The notes beneath the pieces were generated by a model that worked only from the letters and a program-made list of their open reading frames with translations, was not told the origin of the DNA and ran no database searches. From the NCBI GenBank assembly GCA_030704615.1, contig CM060731.1, positions 86,366,001 through 86,430,000 on the forward strand: a DNA stretch of 64,000 nucleotides, in the 5' to 3' direction. The stretch comes from Takakia lepidozioides. Lineage: Eukaryota; Plantae; Bryophyta. Both the position numbers and the translations under genes were made by a program. The number at the start of each line of letters is the position of its first letter. Within the stretch, counting starts at the first letter, position 1. This document shows, in pieces, positions 50,237-62,631 of the stretch.

Positions 50237-52459
50237 TTTTGTTGGGGAGCCTCTTCAATGCGTGTTGTGCACGCCGTTGCAGGGGGCCGGATTCTCCTTT
50301 GCAGAGATTCCTCAATTTGGCTCTGCCACTCCCATTTCACTACCGTCAATTCCCTCCTCCTGCAATCTCAATTTGAAAGGTTCAGCCGCACATCCTTTGG
50401 CAGAGAAGACAGTTGACATTTTATATACAACCGGTAGATTCCACAACATGATGAAAAGTTACACTCAACAGCAAACCATTTAAAGCCATCACGATGCCTC
50501 CCATCATAACTAGAATCTTTTCAACAAGACACTGAGAGAAATGACCAAAATCGACTCAAACAACGACATCCTGGAAAACGACCTGTCTCTACAGTTCGTG
50601 TGTGTGTAAGGAATCGAGGACGTACGTGGAATTCCAATTTTCACGATTGACGACGTTGTGATCTTGGGCATATGGTTGAATGTGTATGAAATGTGTGCAT
50701 TGAAGTGTGAACAACCTGACTACACTACAAGGCCAGAACCTGCGCCACTTGTCTTATGCCATCTCCAAATCACGTTTCGGCGGACAATCCTGTTCCGTTG
50801 CCGTGAAATTGCACCGTGGCGGGAAGGGAGTCCATTTGTGTGGCTCTATCACCATGGCGGGAAGGGGAGCATGTTAAAAATGGATCATCGCCCTGCCACT
50901 TCACTCATTTGCTGTTTGCAGCTTCTTCCACCATCTTTCTTACTTAATTCTGATTCTTTGCAATGCTGCCCTTGAGACGGCAACTGCAAGTGACCGGATC
51001 CTTTGATCGTCGCATTCAAAGACACTTACGGTAGTGCAGATTGCAGACCCCCAAATGCCTGGAGAGAAAGCCAGAGGACAGTCAATGCATGCATGGTTGT
51101 TTTTGCACTGTTTGGGACGGAGTGGGGTGCAGAGGAGGCGTGCTGTGCCCGAGTTCGCATGCCTAGCATCCTGCAGCCGGCGGCTTTGGCACGTTGGGCA
51201 GCAGTACCCTCTGCTGTATGATTACCATTTGTGGTACAGACTCACCGGCCTCCCCTGTCCACTTGGGTCTTGGGACAGCGACTTATGGAGTATGTAGACA
51301 GAGTTGCATGTCGCGCAGGTACACCAAAATCTCCCATGTAACATAACTCATTTCTCATTCATGCTTGCATGTGATCCACGGGGTAATTTCCATGTTCTCC
51401 CAGCTGATGTGGTTCGCAAATTCTCGGTGTGTAGGTGTGTGTGTGAGGACCTCAACCTGACATGGTGCGATGGGTGTCGAATGGACCCTTCTCTGCGATG
51501 GGAGAACCACTACAGTTGAGTTTGTTTTTGCTGAATCATTTGGCAGAGCACTGTGTTCACTTCTCACACATCATGGCGCATTTTCTCCAAGAATGCATGT
51601 AAAGCGGAGCCATACACGGCATCATTGCAGTGTGTTTCCTTCGCCTAATTTTGAACGAAAAAAAGTTAACGGATCCATGTCAGTTGTGTGAATCACTACA
51701 TCTAGTTTGTCTGGAGGATTGTAAGTGGTTTAGGGTTTAACGTCTCAAAGTCGAAAAGGCCATAGTGTCAGATGCACGACACGTGTTCATATTTGAAATC
51801 AACAACGGCCGGATCTTCACTACAGATCGGGGGGGTTGTGATCACACTCCCCTCCTTGTCCTTCTTTCCTCCTTTGCATGTCTTGGTCTTCCTCGCTCGT
51901 CTTTGTCTTGGTCATGGTCTATGTCCTCGCTCGTCTTCATCTTTGTCATGGTCTATGTCCACGCCTAGTAAGAAGTGCTTGACCGCCGAGGCAACATCAC
52001 CTCCTCCCACTTCTGCACATTCCAGCCCCGCGGTGCGAAGGATCCCCCGCCTGGCTCGACTGAATCCGGTACAGATGGCGTCGTGCGAGAGGGAAGGCGA
52101 GCGTGGGGGCGGTCTTCGAGTTCGGATTTTGACACAAGCGAGTATAGCATGGGTGACGACGATGAGGTGGAGGACAGTTCGGAGGAAATTGGCACCTCCA
52201 TCTGCAGAGTCTCTCCAAAAGGTGCGCAACGGCACAAAACCTGCTGCGCATGAGGTGAGTTCTACCCCTACTTGTGTTCTGTTTTCTGGGCGTTGAGTTC
52301 TCCTGAAACTGAAACTGGGATGCACATATCCACAAAGTTGTTCAACGGATGTCGTAGTGTACAGGGCAGTAGAAGAAGAAGTGTTCTTCAATTTCAATTT
52401 CCTTGCTGCGCCCTATGCAAGCTAGACATAGGCGGTCCTCCCGTTGCAGGTTTTCCCAT

Positions 52460-53460
52460 CTGCCAGTCTCTATCCGTAGGTTTGGGAACCCACCCTGAAC
52501 CGCCCCAATGCCCTCAAGAGGGAAGGAGGTAAGGGTGCTGAAAGGTAATTTGGTCTGAAGATTCTATCATCATCGCGGAGCACCAAGAATGTCTCTCGAT
52601 AGAAGTGGAGCTTTGTTGTGAGATTGGGTAGCATCCAAGTTTTCTTGACATATAATTCCATAAGCTCTCTCCGAATGAGTCTGTTGCGGTCATGTCTGGA
52701 TGTGATGTCCACCACCTCATGTGGTTATTGGTAATAGGAAAGCAGTAGAAGTCCGTTACGTTTCAATAAAATTGTCCACTCGAGCATACCAGGAGTTCCC
52801 GAAACGCAGCTTTGAGCCTCATAGATGTTGTGAGGGCCCTTGCCACTAGCCCTTTGGGTGGAAGGGCCTGCAATCTATGGAGAAAGATTGTAAGCCTGAA
52901 CTGTGCCTCGGATTGCAATGGTACACATGCAAACTCTGCACCTAGGATCTGAGATGGAGTTGTGCTCCTGGCGCCAAGCATTGCTTGGAGAAAAGATGAC
53001 TGTAATGGTTCCAAATTCTTTTCCCACCAGGAGACAGGGACACCAGGTGCCCAAAACTCACAACCATTGATGGTAGCAGGGCTGACGACGGTGTCAAACA
53101 ACCACTTTTTGGTCGGGGGATGCCGCAGATGTATTTGCTTGCATTTGGCGTGAAGGCGGACGAAGGCCGCCTTACTTTAGTCAATCTGTCGAAGGCAGTG
53201 GCTGCAAAGTGAAACTTGGGGGAGTGGATAACCAGACCTAGGTACCGGTATGATTTGACAATCTCAATTTCCTCCTGCTGGTTGAAGATGAATCTACGAT
53301 CAGCCTGGCCATTGAAGACCATGATCTTGGTCTTGCTAAGATTGACTTGCATCCCATAGTCTTTGCAGAACTGTTCCAAAATTTTGATATGGCGTTGCAG
53401 AAAGACCGGGGATTGTGCCAAAAGGGCAACATCATCAACGTAGAGGAGATGTGATTGGGC
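52460..53460 (-). mobile_element. Non-LTR retrotransposon (LINE) reverse-transcriptase 3' fragment inside the CACTA
   Basis: HLLYVDDVALL...LQRHIKILEQFCKDYGMQVNLSKTKIMVF...IEIVKSYRYLG...NGCEFW; frameshifted. Confidence 0.85.
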
Positions 53461-53894
53461 AGAAAATGAAGTTAGGCAGAAAACATCCTGAACATGTTTT
53501 CAATTTGTGTCATGGGGGAGGACATCGTGGAAAAATCTTCAGGTCTACCACTGTGTGCAGAGGGACTAGTTTTTAGGTCAAGGAAATGTTGCTTTGTCAC
53601 GTCATTGCACCTGCGTTGGAGTACGCATTTAACATTGAGAGTCTTTAGGCCTTTTGGGGCTCCGTTGCTGGGCTCCGCCATACAGCCATTTGCTGATTGT
53701 GTGAATAGATGTCCACTGGATATGTGCAAAACCCGGATGGATGTTCTCTTTCCTGGTAAGTTTAATGTGGTAGTGATGTGAACCCGCCCACATTCTGTTT
53801 CTTCACCAATGAATGGGCTTACATGTTATGAGGACATTCTGTCTCTCTCCTTTTCAGTTTTTGGCACTTGCGCTGCAGGGGAGTGGGTTTGAGG

Positions 53895-55479
53895 TCAGCC
53901 AATCCATAGTTGTGGTTGTGGGATGGTTTGTGCTCTGGTGACGTTGTGTTCAGTAGGACTACAGCTGATGCACCTTGTGTGTGGGATGTTTTTGGCAGCG
54001 GAAGGGGAGTGAAGCTGCAGCAAAGCACTCACAGCATCCTTGCGTTCTCGCGCATCAAGCAAACAACAGTCAAGGATAATTTGTGCAATTATTGGGCCAG
54101 ACACAATGATCGGGGACTTAGCAGTAGTATTTTGTAACCGCTTCATCTCCTCCACCAGACCATTGTGCATCAACTCCGCCCAAACCACATCCTCTCCCCT
54201 CAAGGCTTTCAATACCTCCTTCATGAAAGATCTGCTAAAGTACCATTGGTTCTGTTTCATGGCAAACAGGTATTTGGCCAACTTCCCTTAACCCTGGGTA
54301 CTCGGCCTTGGTGCAGGTGTATCCCTGGGTCTTAAAGAAACTTGTTTCATGGAACAAATCCCCTATCTGCAATCTTGCCCTGTGCTCATCCACATTCACA
54401 TGGCCCGATGGCAATTCAAACAGTTGCTGCAAGTACTAGGGAGTAATCTCTATATCTACTCCCCTCACCTGTGTAACTCCTGTCTGAGGCTCAAAGTTCT
54501 AAATGAATTGAATCATGAACCCCCGATGATGCAAGGACCATTCTTTGCGTAACAACCCTTTGAATCACAACTCTTTCAGCAGCTGCACCGCCTGTGGTGT
54601 GGCAATTGTCTGTTTCTGTAGAATCGTGGTGCTCTTCACCCTGATATCCTCCATTCCCCTAATTCTCTTCATCCCAGACAAACAAGAAGGCTTTGTTTGG
54701 AATAGCAGTAGGAAAGCTTGCAGGGCGTAAAGCATGAAAGTATGGTTGGCACAGAAAGGATCGGGTAAGTGAGTGTAAGCATGTGGGGCTTGTAAGTAGT
54801 GAGTGAGAGAGAATGTCCTTTCAACCTGTCCGTCCTTGCGCCACTGTGTAAGAAGTAAAGCTAGCGTATAGTCTCTGATATTCGCCATAGCTACGAAGCT
54901 ATACCTTTGATTGCCCATCCCGTCGAGACACTGGTTATTCGGAGCAACCCCGACTCTTCCGCTCATAACTTTTCTAATTTCTTGTTCTTGTTTCTTGGAG
55001 GGAACCACCTGCATGAAATTCACGTTCCTCATTGGCTGTTGCCTCAACGGGTAACTTCTCAATTTTACCCCCATCTGTTCCCATTCCCACTTGGAATGCC
55101 CACTAGGACAACACATGTGGCAGAGGTCCCCCTTTGTTGTACACGTAAAGGGTTCCGTTACCTGCTCCCTGGATGCATTAATGGGCCCGCAATTAATTTC
55201 GGCTGCTGTACCGGGTAGGTACTTCGACGGCCCAGTTTGTCTTCTTGCATGATGACACCCACTATTGCAGTACATGCAAAGCGGAGTGCTTTGCCCCTTA
55301 GGCCACGTGTTTGAATTCAAACTTTCTCCCGTCTCCCTCTGTCCGCGTGGCTTTTTCTTCGAGTTTGACTCCCAAGCTGACCTACACTTACCGGCCACTT
55401 TTCTGACGTTAACCCGCGTCCACTTGTCACTGACCCTATGGACTGTGCAACCTGCGTGGGCTATGTTGGGCTGTGACAA
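53895..55479 (-). pseudogene. Unknown CACTA cargo reading frames
   Basis: Consecutive ORFs of 304, 65 and 128 aa (...FSRSFMKEVLKALRGEDVVWAELMHNGLVEEMKRL...) with protein-like composition; family not recognised. Confidence 0.4.
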
Positions 55480-55600
55480 ACTGTGGTGAGCTGTGATAGG
55501 CTATGTTACACTGTGGTGGTTTGTGATATGTTGTGTTAAACTGTGGTGGGCTGTGATATGTTGTGTTAAACTGTGGTGGGCTGTGTTATGCTGTGTTAAA
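55440..55600. repeat. 30-bp tandem repeat, ~5 copies
   Basis: CTGTGGTGGGCTGTGATATGTTGTGTTAAA units. Confidence 0.85.
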
Positions 55601-56422
55601 CCTCTCAAAAATACCGTCCTCTCCTTGGGGGATTGTCCACCTCACCTTCTGGGGATCTTCTGCCTCTTCTCCCCCCTTTCCTCAGCAGAATCCAAGACAA
55701 ATCTACGAGCCTGACGGGCTCTAATAGCTGCTGCCTCCTCCCTCATCTTCATTTTCTTGAGGTTTGCCCCGTCTAAAATCTGCTGTACACGACTAGGTTC
55801 GGAAGACCTCCTAATGGACACCGAAGCAAGCCGGGCAGCATAAGTAGGAAGGATGTAGTCCCTTTCTGGACTCGGCATGAAATCCCCCCTGGCAAAAAAA
55901 GGCACGTTCCTCCTGCCCATGAACTGCGGTGTAGACGTCCCTCCTGCAATACTTGGCATCCTACAGTAAGAACAAATCCACTTCAAGAATATCAATACCA
56001 GCAGAAGCACAAAGGGTCTTTCAATGAAATAAGAGAGCGAAGGGAGGTGCCTCACGAAATCAGGAGGCAACTTACAATGCGACCACTCACTCATAAACCG
56101 GGGGCTCCTCGGCCTCGATCCCAACTTGTACCTCCCCCTGGTCCTTGTCGGATTCTTCCTCATCCTCCGAGGATGCCTCTTCCTCTTTCGGCAGACATTC
56201 AGCGCTGCAAGTTCGGAGTTGTGGAGGGCAGTATTTGGCTCGAAGGCGAAGACATGTCTGTCGGACAACGTCCCTGCCCACATTGAAGCACCAGATGGAC
56301 AAAGCGGGCAGTTAGTAGCATGCGGCATGCAATTGCAATCGGGCCAGGGGACAAACTGTGCACGTGAAGGCTTACCCGTGCCGCATGTGAGGTCAAGAAT
56401 CCGCCCTTGGACATCCGAGCAC
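55601..56422 (-). pseudogene. Captured 3' fragment of the MULE-1-type MTase-like gene (with introns)
   Basis: Colinear and highly similar to 5445-6266, including both introns; reads GRILDLTCGTG. Confidence 0.93.
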
Positions 56423-56939
56423 ACCACACAATGCCAACCAACACCAACCTTGGCACCCACCCCCTGCCGGATGGTCTCCACAACAGAGTGCACCATGGGG
56501 AGCCCCCCCTGCTTCGGGGTCGTGGCGCTGGCTTCCTGATGTTGCCACGTCACAATGGGGGCCTCCCACATCTCCATACGGCCCTCCCCCCTCCGGCACA
56601 CATCAGTCACCCCCCACAACGTATGACGGCGCTGCTCCAGAGCATGGGGGCAGGAAACGGACATCAGAGCTGAGGAAGGAACGACGTCATGCCATGAAAC
56701 AATGGGAAGGAATGGAGAGGGAAGGGTGGCTGCAGGGCTAAAGCGCCACAAGGTGGAGGTGCATTGAAATGGAGTCATCAATGCTGGCTGCGAAGGTAAG
56801 GAACACTGGCAGCGTGATTTGATTTGCGTGGCCTGGCATTGCGTTACCTGACTCAAGCGTACAAGACATTGACCAGCAGTCCCAGAGTGCCATGTCAACA
56901 GTAATAGAGGGCATAAATGGAATGTACGAGTACACACCT

Positions 56940-59840
56940 AGCCCTGCCAATCGTGATTTTATAGTGAAGCAATGTGGGAAGATAATGAAAGGAGAAAAGC
57001 AAAACTGAAAGATAAATGGGCGAAGACTGGTGTGAGGCCAATGAACACTGAACCCGCCTATTGGGATAAGCTTGTTGCCTACTGGGAGTCCCCTCGTGGA
57101 CTTGCAAAGGCTGAAGGGATGAAGCAAGCGCGTGCTTGTGTCACGAACCCCTCGCGTTGGGGCCGGGCAGGAGTTGCAGGCCAAGCAGCCCGTTTGGTAA
57201 TCTCCCTCACCCCCTTTTCATTGCTCTTACGTTGTGGCATGTTCTGATGGAAGAGACACCCACAAGTGGGTTTTATTGCTTGTGCAGAATTAGTTGTTAT
57301 GTGATATGCAGGGCAGTGCTTTGTCCATATGCTCCTGGCATTTTGTACTGACAGTGTGTGGATGGGCAAATACAGAAAAGACGCAAAGCGCGGAGCCCGT
57401 CACTGTCCGAGCTCGGGGCGGAGTGCAAGAACGCTGCGACTGGCACCCCATCAGAGTCTGTTTTGAGCCAGGTATGTTTTGAAGTCCGGTTCCATTCATG
57501 AATCTGTTGTTGTACTAAGATTTGGTGGGTATGTGGGGCCCCCACGCATGGTACACGAGGGGTGTTATGCCAAACCTAGCCATCTCCGAATGCCTGAAAT
57601 CCTGCACATTCGGCCTCTTCTTCTTCTGGTTTTTACAGTACGGGTGGGTGTTTGTATGCGTAGGGAGCGGGGAACTCAATGGCAGCCCGCATCGGGGCCC
57701 TGGAGAGGCTTGCGGCTCTCTCTACGGAGCGGGAGAGGGGAATGGAAGCACAACTGAAGAAGATAGTGGAACTCATGATGGGGCAAAAAGGGGGTGTGAC
57801 GGGTGGCATTATGGAAGACCCCCCTGCTGCGACCATTGTACCTGACAAGGAGGAAGTAATTGTAGTGGGTAGGGATGTGACAGAGGTCCGGGCTGTTGTT
57901 GATGATATTCACAGTGGGGGGCAGGGTCCACTCGTTGAAGAGGGAGAGGTCCAACAAGTTGGTGGGGATGACATGGACGATGGGGGGTCATTGCTCATGA
58001 TGGGGGAAAAGGGGAAGCTATAGGGGGAGAGGTGGTAGTTTGCCTGGTCCAGGCTGCAGGGGGACCGAAACTTTGCCCTCCGGGTGATTGTTTGTCTCCC
58101 AACCCACTGAGGTGAGACCCCGTGACACCCCTTCAAAAGCTCCTTTCATAGAAAAGTCGAAACTAATTGTTCTAGACCTGAACGGGATCCTGTGCCACTC
58201 TATTCCTAACTTTCAGCCCAACCCAAGGCGTCATTGGCCATGGGTTTGACCACCAACAAGTATGTTTCCCAAGGCCCCAGGTCTGCGAGTTTTTAAAACC
58301 TTCTCTTCCGGTATTTCTACGTTGGGCTATGTCCTGTGCTTCCAAGGGGAATGTTGCAGACGTCTTCAAAGTGGTCATGCAGGGGGTCAAGGGTTCTCCC
58401 CTCTTGTGTGGTCACAAGAGGAGTGTGACCCCTTGACAGAGCCACACCCCACAAAGGGCCTGCCGTACAGAACTTACAGAAGAGACTATCGAGGGTGTGG
58501 TCGGAATTTTCTGGATTTAACGAATCCAACACCCTCCTAAGTGGATGATTCACCACACAAGGGGAGGGGGAACTCCCCTTTGAACATGGTCCATCCACTG
58601 TCGTTTGATGTCACTGGCAATGTCAGTGAGGGGCCCGATTCAGACTACCTTTTAGAAACAGTCTGGCCCTACTGCCAAGATTTGTTTTGCTCCAAGGATG
58701 TGCGTGTCTTCACAAGCACGCGGAAGCTGACCCCGACTGACAGCTTGAATGTGGGAGAGATGGGGTCGTTGGGGGAAGTACTTCTGCGCCCATGCAGGTG
58801 AAACTAACCTTACTGTTTGCAACATGACATCGAAGCCAAAGTCCATGTTTGTTTTGTTCCCCCGGATGCCCTCTCACGCAAGGCTGGCACTATATGTTTT
58901 GCAGGGACCACATGTACAGGGAGTGGCAGTGGGGTCGAATGTGAAGAAGGTGGGTCCTGCGCCTACGACCATAGTGCTACGGCGGCAACATTCCGGATTC
59001 CCCCCCCGGCATGAGGAGGCAGCGCCCAAGGTATGGTTGTTCCCAACCCCTCTCCGCAAACTTACTTGGTTGGTTTCCTTTATGGATACACTTCCTGAAG
59101 CGTTGCAATGTGTATTCATTGCAGGTGAGCAAGAGGAGTGGGCTGTCCCCGGCACCATCATCGCAGCAGGACGTGGTTCCCCAGGCATGCATTCATGGCT
59201 CCTTGCTTTGCCTGGCTGGTTTTTAGTAGGGTTATTTTTGCCAGGAAGTTGTAGTGCTAGGGTCTGAGCAGGGTGTTTGTTAGCTTGCTCCGTGGAGGTG
59301 TGTTTATACCATTGCAACCACCAGAGTTCATGTTATTCTTATCCGTCTGACTAAACCTCTTTTTGCTGTTGCAGTTGAAGACACGTGGGCAGCTTTCCTC
59401 AGTTGCCACCCTCAGCAACGAGCTTCGCTTCAAGGTATGTTGGTACACCGTGAATTGGCTACTGATTCAGTATTGTGGCAACCAAGATCGTTTCCATGCC
59501 CAGCTGCGCTTGACTTTCACCCTGTCATTGCTATGTTTGTTGCTGAGTGGACCCTGATGTTGGTGTCTGCAGATATCAGATCCTGTGTTTCTCCTGAACC
59601 CCCATGACAAGCGGTCAAAGACAGCCGCCGCCAAGGCGGAAGTGGTGGGAATAGCCGGGCTGCAAGGACATTCGATCCGGGTGGTACAAGGTGAAAGTCC
59701 ACGAGATCATGCTTCCAAGTGTTGCATTGCCTTGCCCAAATGTGGACGATGCCCCCCCCCAGACCACACTAGCGCACGTGAAAGGCACGGTGACTCTGTG
59801 GCCAGAGAAGAGTATGAGGAAAGGTGAAAGTATCAAGTGA
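56940..59840 (+). pseudogene. CACTA TnpA-like gene region (Ptta/Transposase_24-like exon ... Tnp1-like C-terminal exon)
   Basis: RPMNTEPAYWDKLVAYWESPRGLAKAEGMKQARACVTNPSRWGRAG; last exon VFLLNP...AKAEVVGIAG / WYKVKVHEIMLPSVALPCPN...GTVTLWP; divergent from TnpD. Confidence 0.6.
58151..58700 (+). pseudogene. FCP1/NIF-type HAD phosphatase-like domain (frameshifted)
   Basis: KLIVLDLNGILCH...PRPQVCEFLK...VWSQEECD...VDDSPHKG..N...VHPLSFD. Confidence 0.7.
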
Positions 59841-60961
59841 CATTTCATGCTTGTAGTCCCTGTTGGGTGTGTAATGATACTCATAGAAGTGTGTATGATA
59901 CTCAGTTACCAATTTTGAACATTTGGGCCATGACAGTTTAAGTGATGTTCGGCAACCATGTATGTGGCATTTAGTCTTGCTCATATGCAGGTGTGCCGTG
60001 ACGGTCTCTAATTTGAATGTAATATCACATTTCCTGACTTGTCGTCGTGTCCGTCCACCTTCTATGTGTATGTGTGATGGTCTTTGGTCTCCCTGTTGCC
60101 TCGTCTATTTGGTTCATTAGCGTGATGTTGTGCATGCATCGTGGTCTGTGTTCTCAGTCTCGCCCAGTATCATTGCTTCTCAATTCCCCATATGGGTGAA
60201 CCACTAAAACTAGTAGAATGCATCAGAACCATATTTTCAGCTTAGAATGCAGGTCAGTTGGAAACTCACACAAACCACTACAAGTGCTCATTTTTCGTGC
60301 TTTCCTACTGTAGTGCAACCAACTAGCACAGTGGCAGCGGAGTTGGCCAAAGCAGTCCCGAGATGGCACAAGCACTCTGCGTCTTTCCACTAGCAGTCGT
60401 ACCCGTCACTGCCATTGCGTGGGGACGACGCCACGCGTCGACCCACACACTCTCCACGTGGTCCCCGTGGATTCGTCTGCTGGAAGTTGTGTAGTTGACT
60501 TCGCCAGTGGCTGTTGCGACGTCACATGCAGCACTCCAAGTGATGTGGCCGACTGCGATGTGGCGTCTTGGGCCCGTGGCCACGCGGCAGCATTGCCGCT
60601 CGTCACGCCGCCACACATCGGCATCCACATCCGCATCCACGTCCGTGTCCATGTGTCACCGCGCCCCGGGTGAGTCGTCCACTCATCCGGAGGGAAAAGT
60701 CAAAGTCAGCCCAAAAGGTCAGACACACGGGCGGCCCGCCTGGTTACGCCACGTGGTTCTTCAGCATTAATCGCATTAATCGCTGAGCAGTTGTTCGCGC
60801 ATCTGCGTCCTTTACCACTCCAATCATTGGATGTCCAACCCACTACCACGTCTGTTGTAACTAGTCTGTTGTAACTTCCAGTCGATCCCAGTTTTTTGAC
60901 TTTTACGACTCAAAATGAGTCGTTACCCCAGTGGTAAATGACACGAATGCTTCTAGTGGCG

Positions 60962-61640
60962 GGATGGAGGCCTTGGAGACCTATGAGCAAATGATGGGTA
61001 AGGGGTGAAGTCCAACCACATCATGTTTGTGTGCGTTTGCAATGCTTGTGCAAGCCTGGCAGCCCTGGAAAAGGGCAAAGGGTGCATGGTGACATCATCA
61101 AAGCTGGAATTGTACCAAATGTCATTTTGGACACTGCCCTGGTGGACATGTATGCGAGATGTGGGTGCATTGAGGATGCAAAGGGAGTATTTGACAATGT
61201 GGCTGAATGAAATGTGGTGTCGTGGAATCCGATCGCATGATATGCCCAGCATGGTTGTCATAGGGAGGTCCTGCAATTATTTGAAGGAATGCAAAAGAAT
61301 GGCTTGAAGCTGGACAATATCACCTTTATATGTGTTCTCTCCGCATGCAGCCACACTGGCCTACTGAATGAAGGAAGACGCTACTTTGATTCCCTGAGTC
61401 AACATCATGGTGTCACCCTGCCAGTAAAGCACTTTGGCTGCATGGTGGACCTTTTGGACGTGCGAGACAACTACATGAGGCAAGGTATCTGATTAATAAA
61501 ATGCGAATCAATCCAGATGTTGTGGTGTGGAAGGCCTTGCTTGGTGCCTGCAGAATCCATGGCAATGTGGAGATGGCTGAATGTGTGGCAACATCTATCC
61601 TCAAGTGGGATGAACAAGATGCCGCGACTTATGTGTTGCT
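60962..61640 (+). pseudogene. PLS-class PPR gene, 3' part with E domain (no DYW seen)
   Basis: ITFICVLSACSHTGLLNEGRRYFDSL...KHFGCMVDLL...PDVVVWKALLGACRIHGNVEMAE...AATYVLL, then breaks off. Confidence 0.9.
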
Positions 61641-62631
61641 ATAATTCTGGGTTTGGGTGGTGGAGCTTCTCCAAAGCTTGAAGATGGAAGTGAATACAAA
61701 TTTTAAGGAGCTTGATAAGAGGGGCAGTCATGTGCACAAGTTTGTTCAACATCTTAAATTTGGACATGTTTGTTTGTTTCTCGTGGTGTGGCTTTGGATG
61801 GAGCCCTTGACGAACTTGCATGAATAATGTCAACTCTAATAAATTCACCTTGGTCTGTTGGTTAGGGACCTCTGTTGCATCGCCGAGGTTGGGGGGTTAA
61901 CTCTCGCTTGTTGCAACTTAGCCGGTTTTGCTTATATTTAAAAACCCTTGAAATAGCTCTATAAGTAATTAAATAGGCTAGTTGGTTTTGAATGGTTCTT
62001 GATGGAATTATTGGTTAGTGGTTTAGCTCGCACCTCCGAGGTTGGTGGTTCAAATTGCCGCCGCACTGCTCCTTTTAAGCAGTTTTTATCCTCTCATTTT
62101 ATTTCGGTTATACTAAGATTGTTTGCTGGGCTGATCTTTTCCTTAGAATGATCTAATTGCTTATCTATTCTTGACTCACATAAATTAATGGGGACTAGTA
62201 AAAACTAAATAAATCAATATCCCTATCTTTTAAATGTAAATATATACATAAAATCCTTCAAAAAGAAAACAAATAATTAAGTTGGTTGGTTGAAATTAAA
62301 TTTTGTTGTTTGCTTAATAACCAATATTTACACTAGGCTATCTCTTTAATGTATATATATATATCTAAAAATCACAATTATTTATCCCGAAGTAATTATA
62401 CACTCGCCTTACTTATTTCTAGACTACTGTTTTCATAAATACGTCAATGAGTTAGCACTAACTGTTGGTTACAAATTACAAACGCAAATACTTATAACAT
62501 AGAAAATTTATAAATCCACACTAGCAGCACCCTTGGAGCTAGGCGGCGCCTTCGGGACCTAACCTGGCTTTGTCTAATACAACCCTTAAATTCAGTATGC
62601 AAATGTTAATGGGGTGCATTAATGGTTGAAA

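Larger units (their letters stand above)
44863..60958 (-). mobile_element. CACTA/En-Spm transposon family A, complete ends (16096 bp), inserted in the PPR gene
   Basis: Perfect 19-bp TIR CACTAGAAGCATTCGTGTC (44863-44881; inverse at 60940-60958); 3-bp TSD GCG; removing the element restores CAGCAGGGGCGCG-GGATGGAGGC, matching the other PPR repeats. Confidence 0.97.

Noticed and set aside
55642-56937. 431-aa ORF as a real gene
   Set aside because: It reads through two introns of the captured MULE fragment and into unrelated sequence; a chance chimera
62005-62065. tRNA/SINE-like A and B boxes (TGGTTAGTGG ... GGTTCAAAT)
   Set aside because: No cloverleaf, tail or TSD could be established
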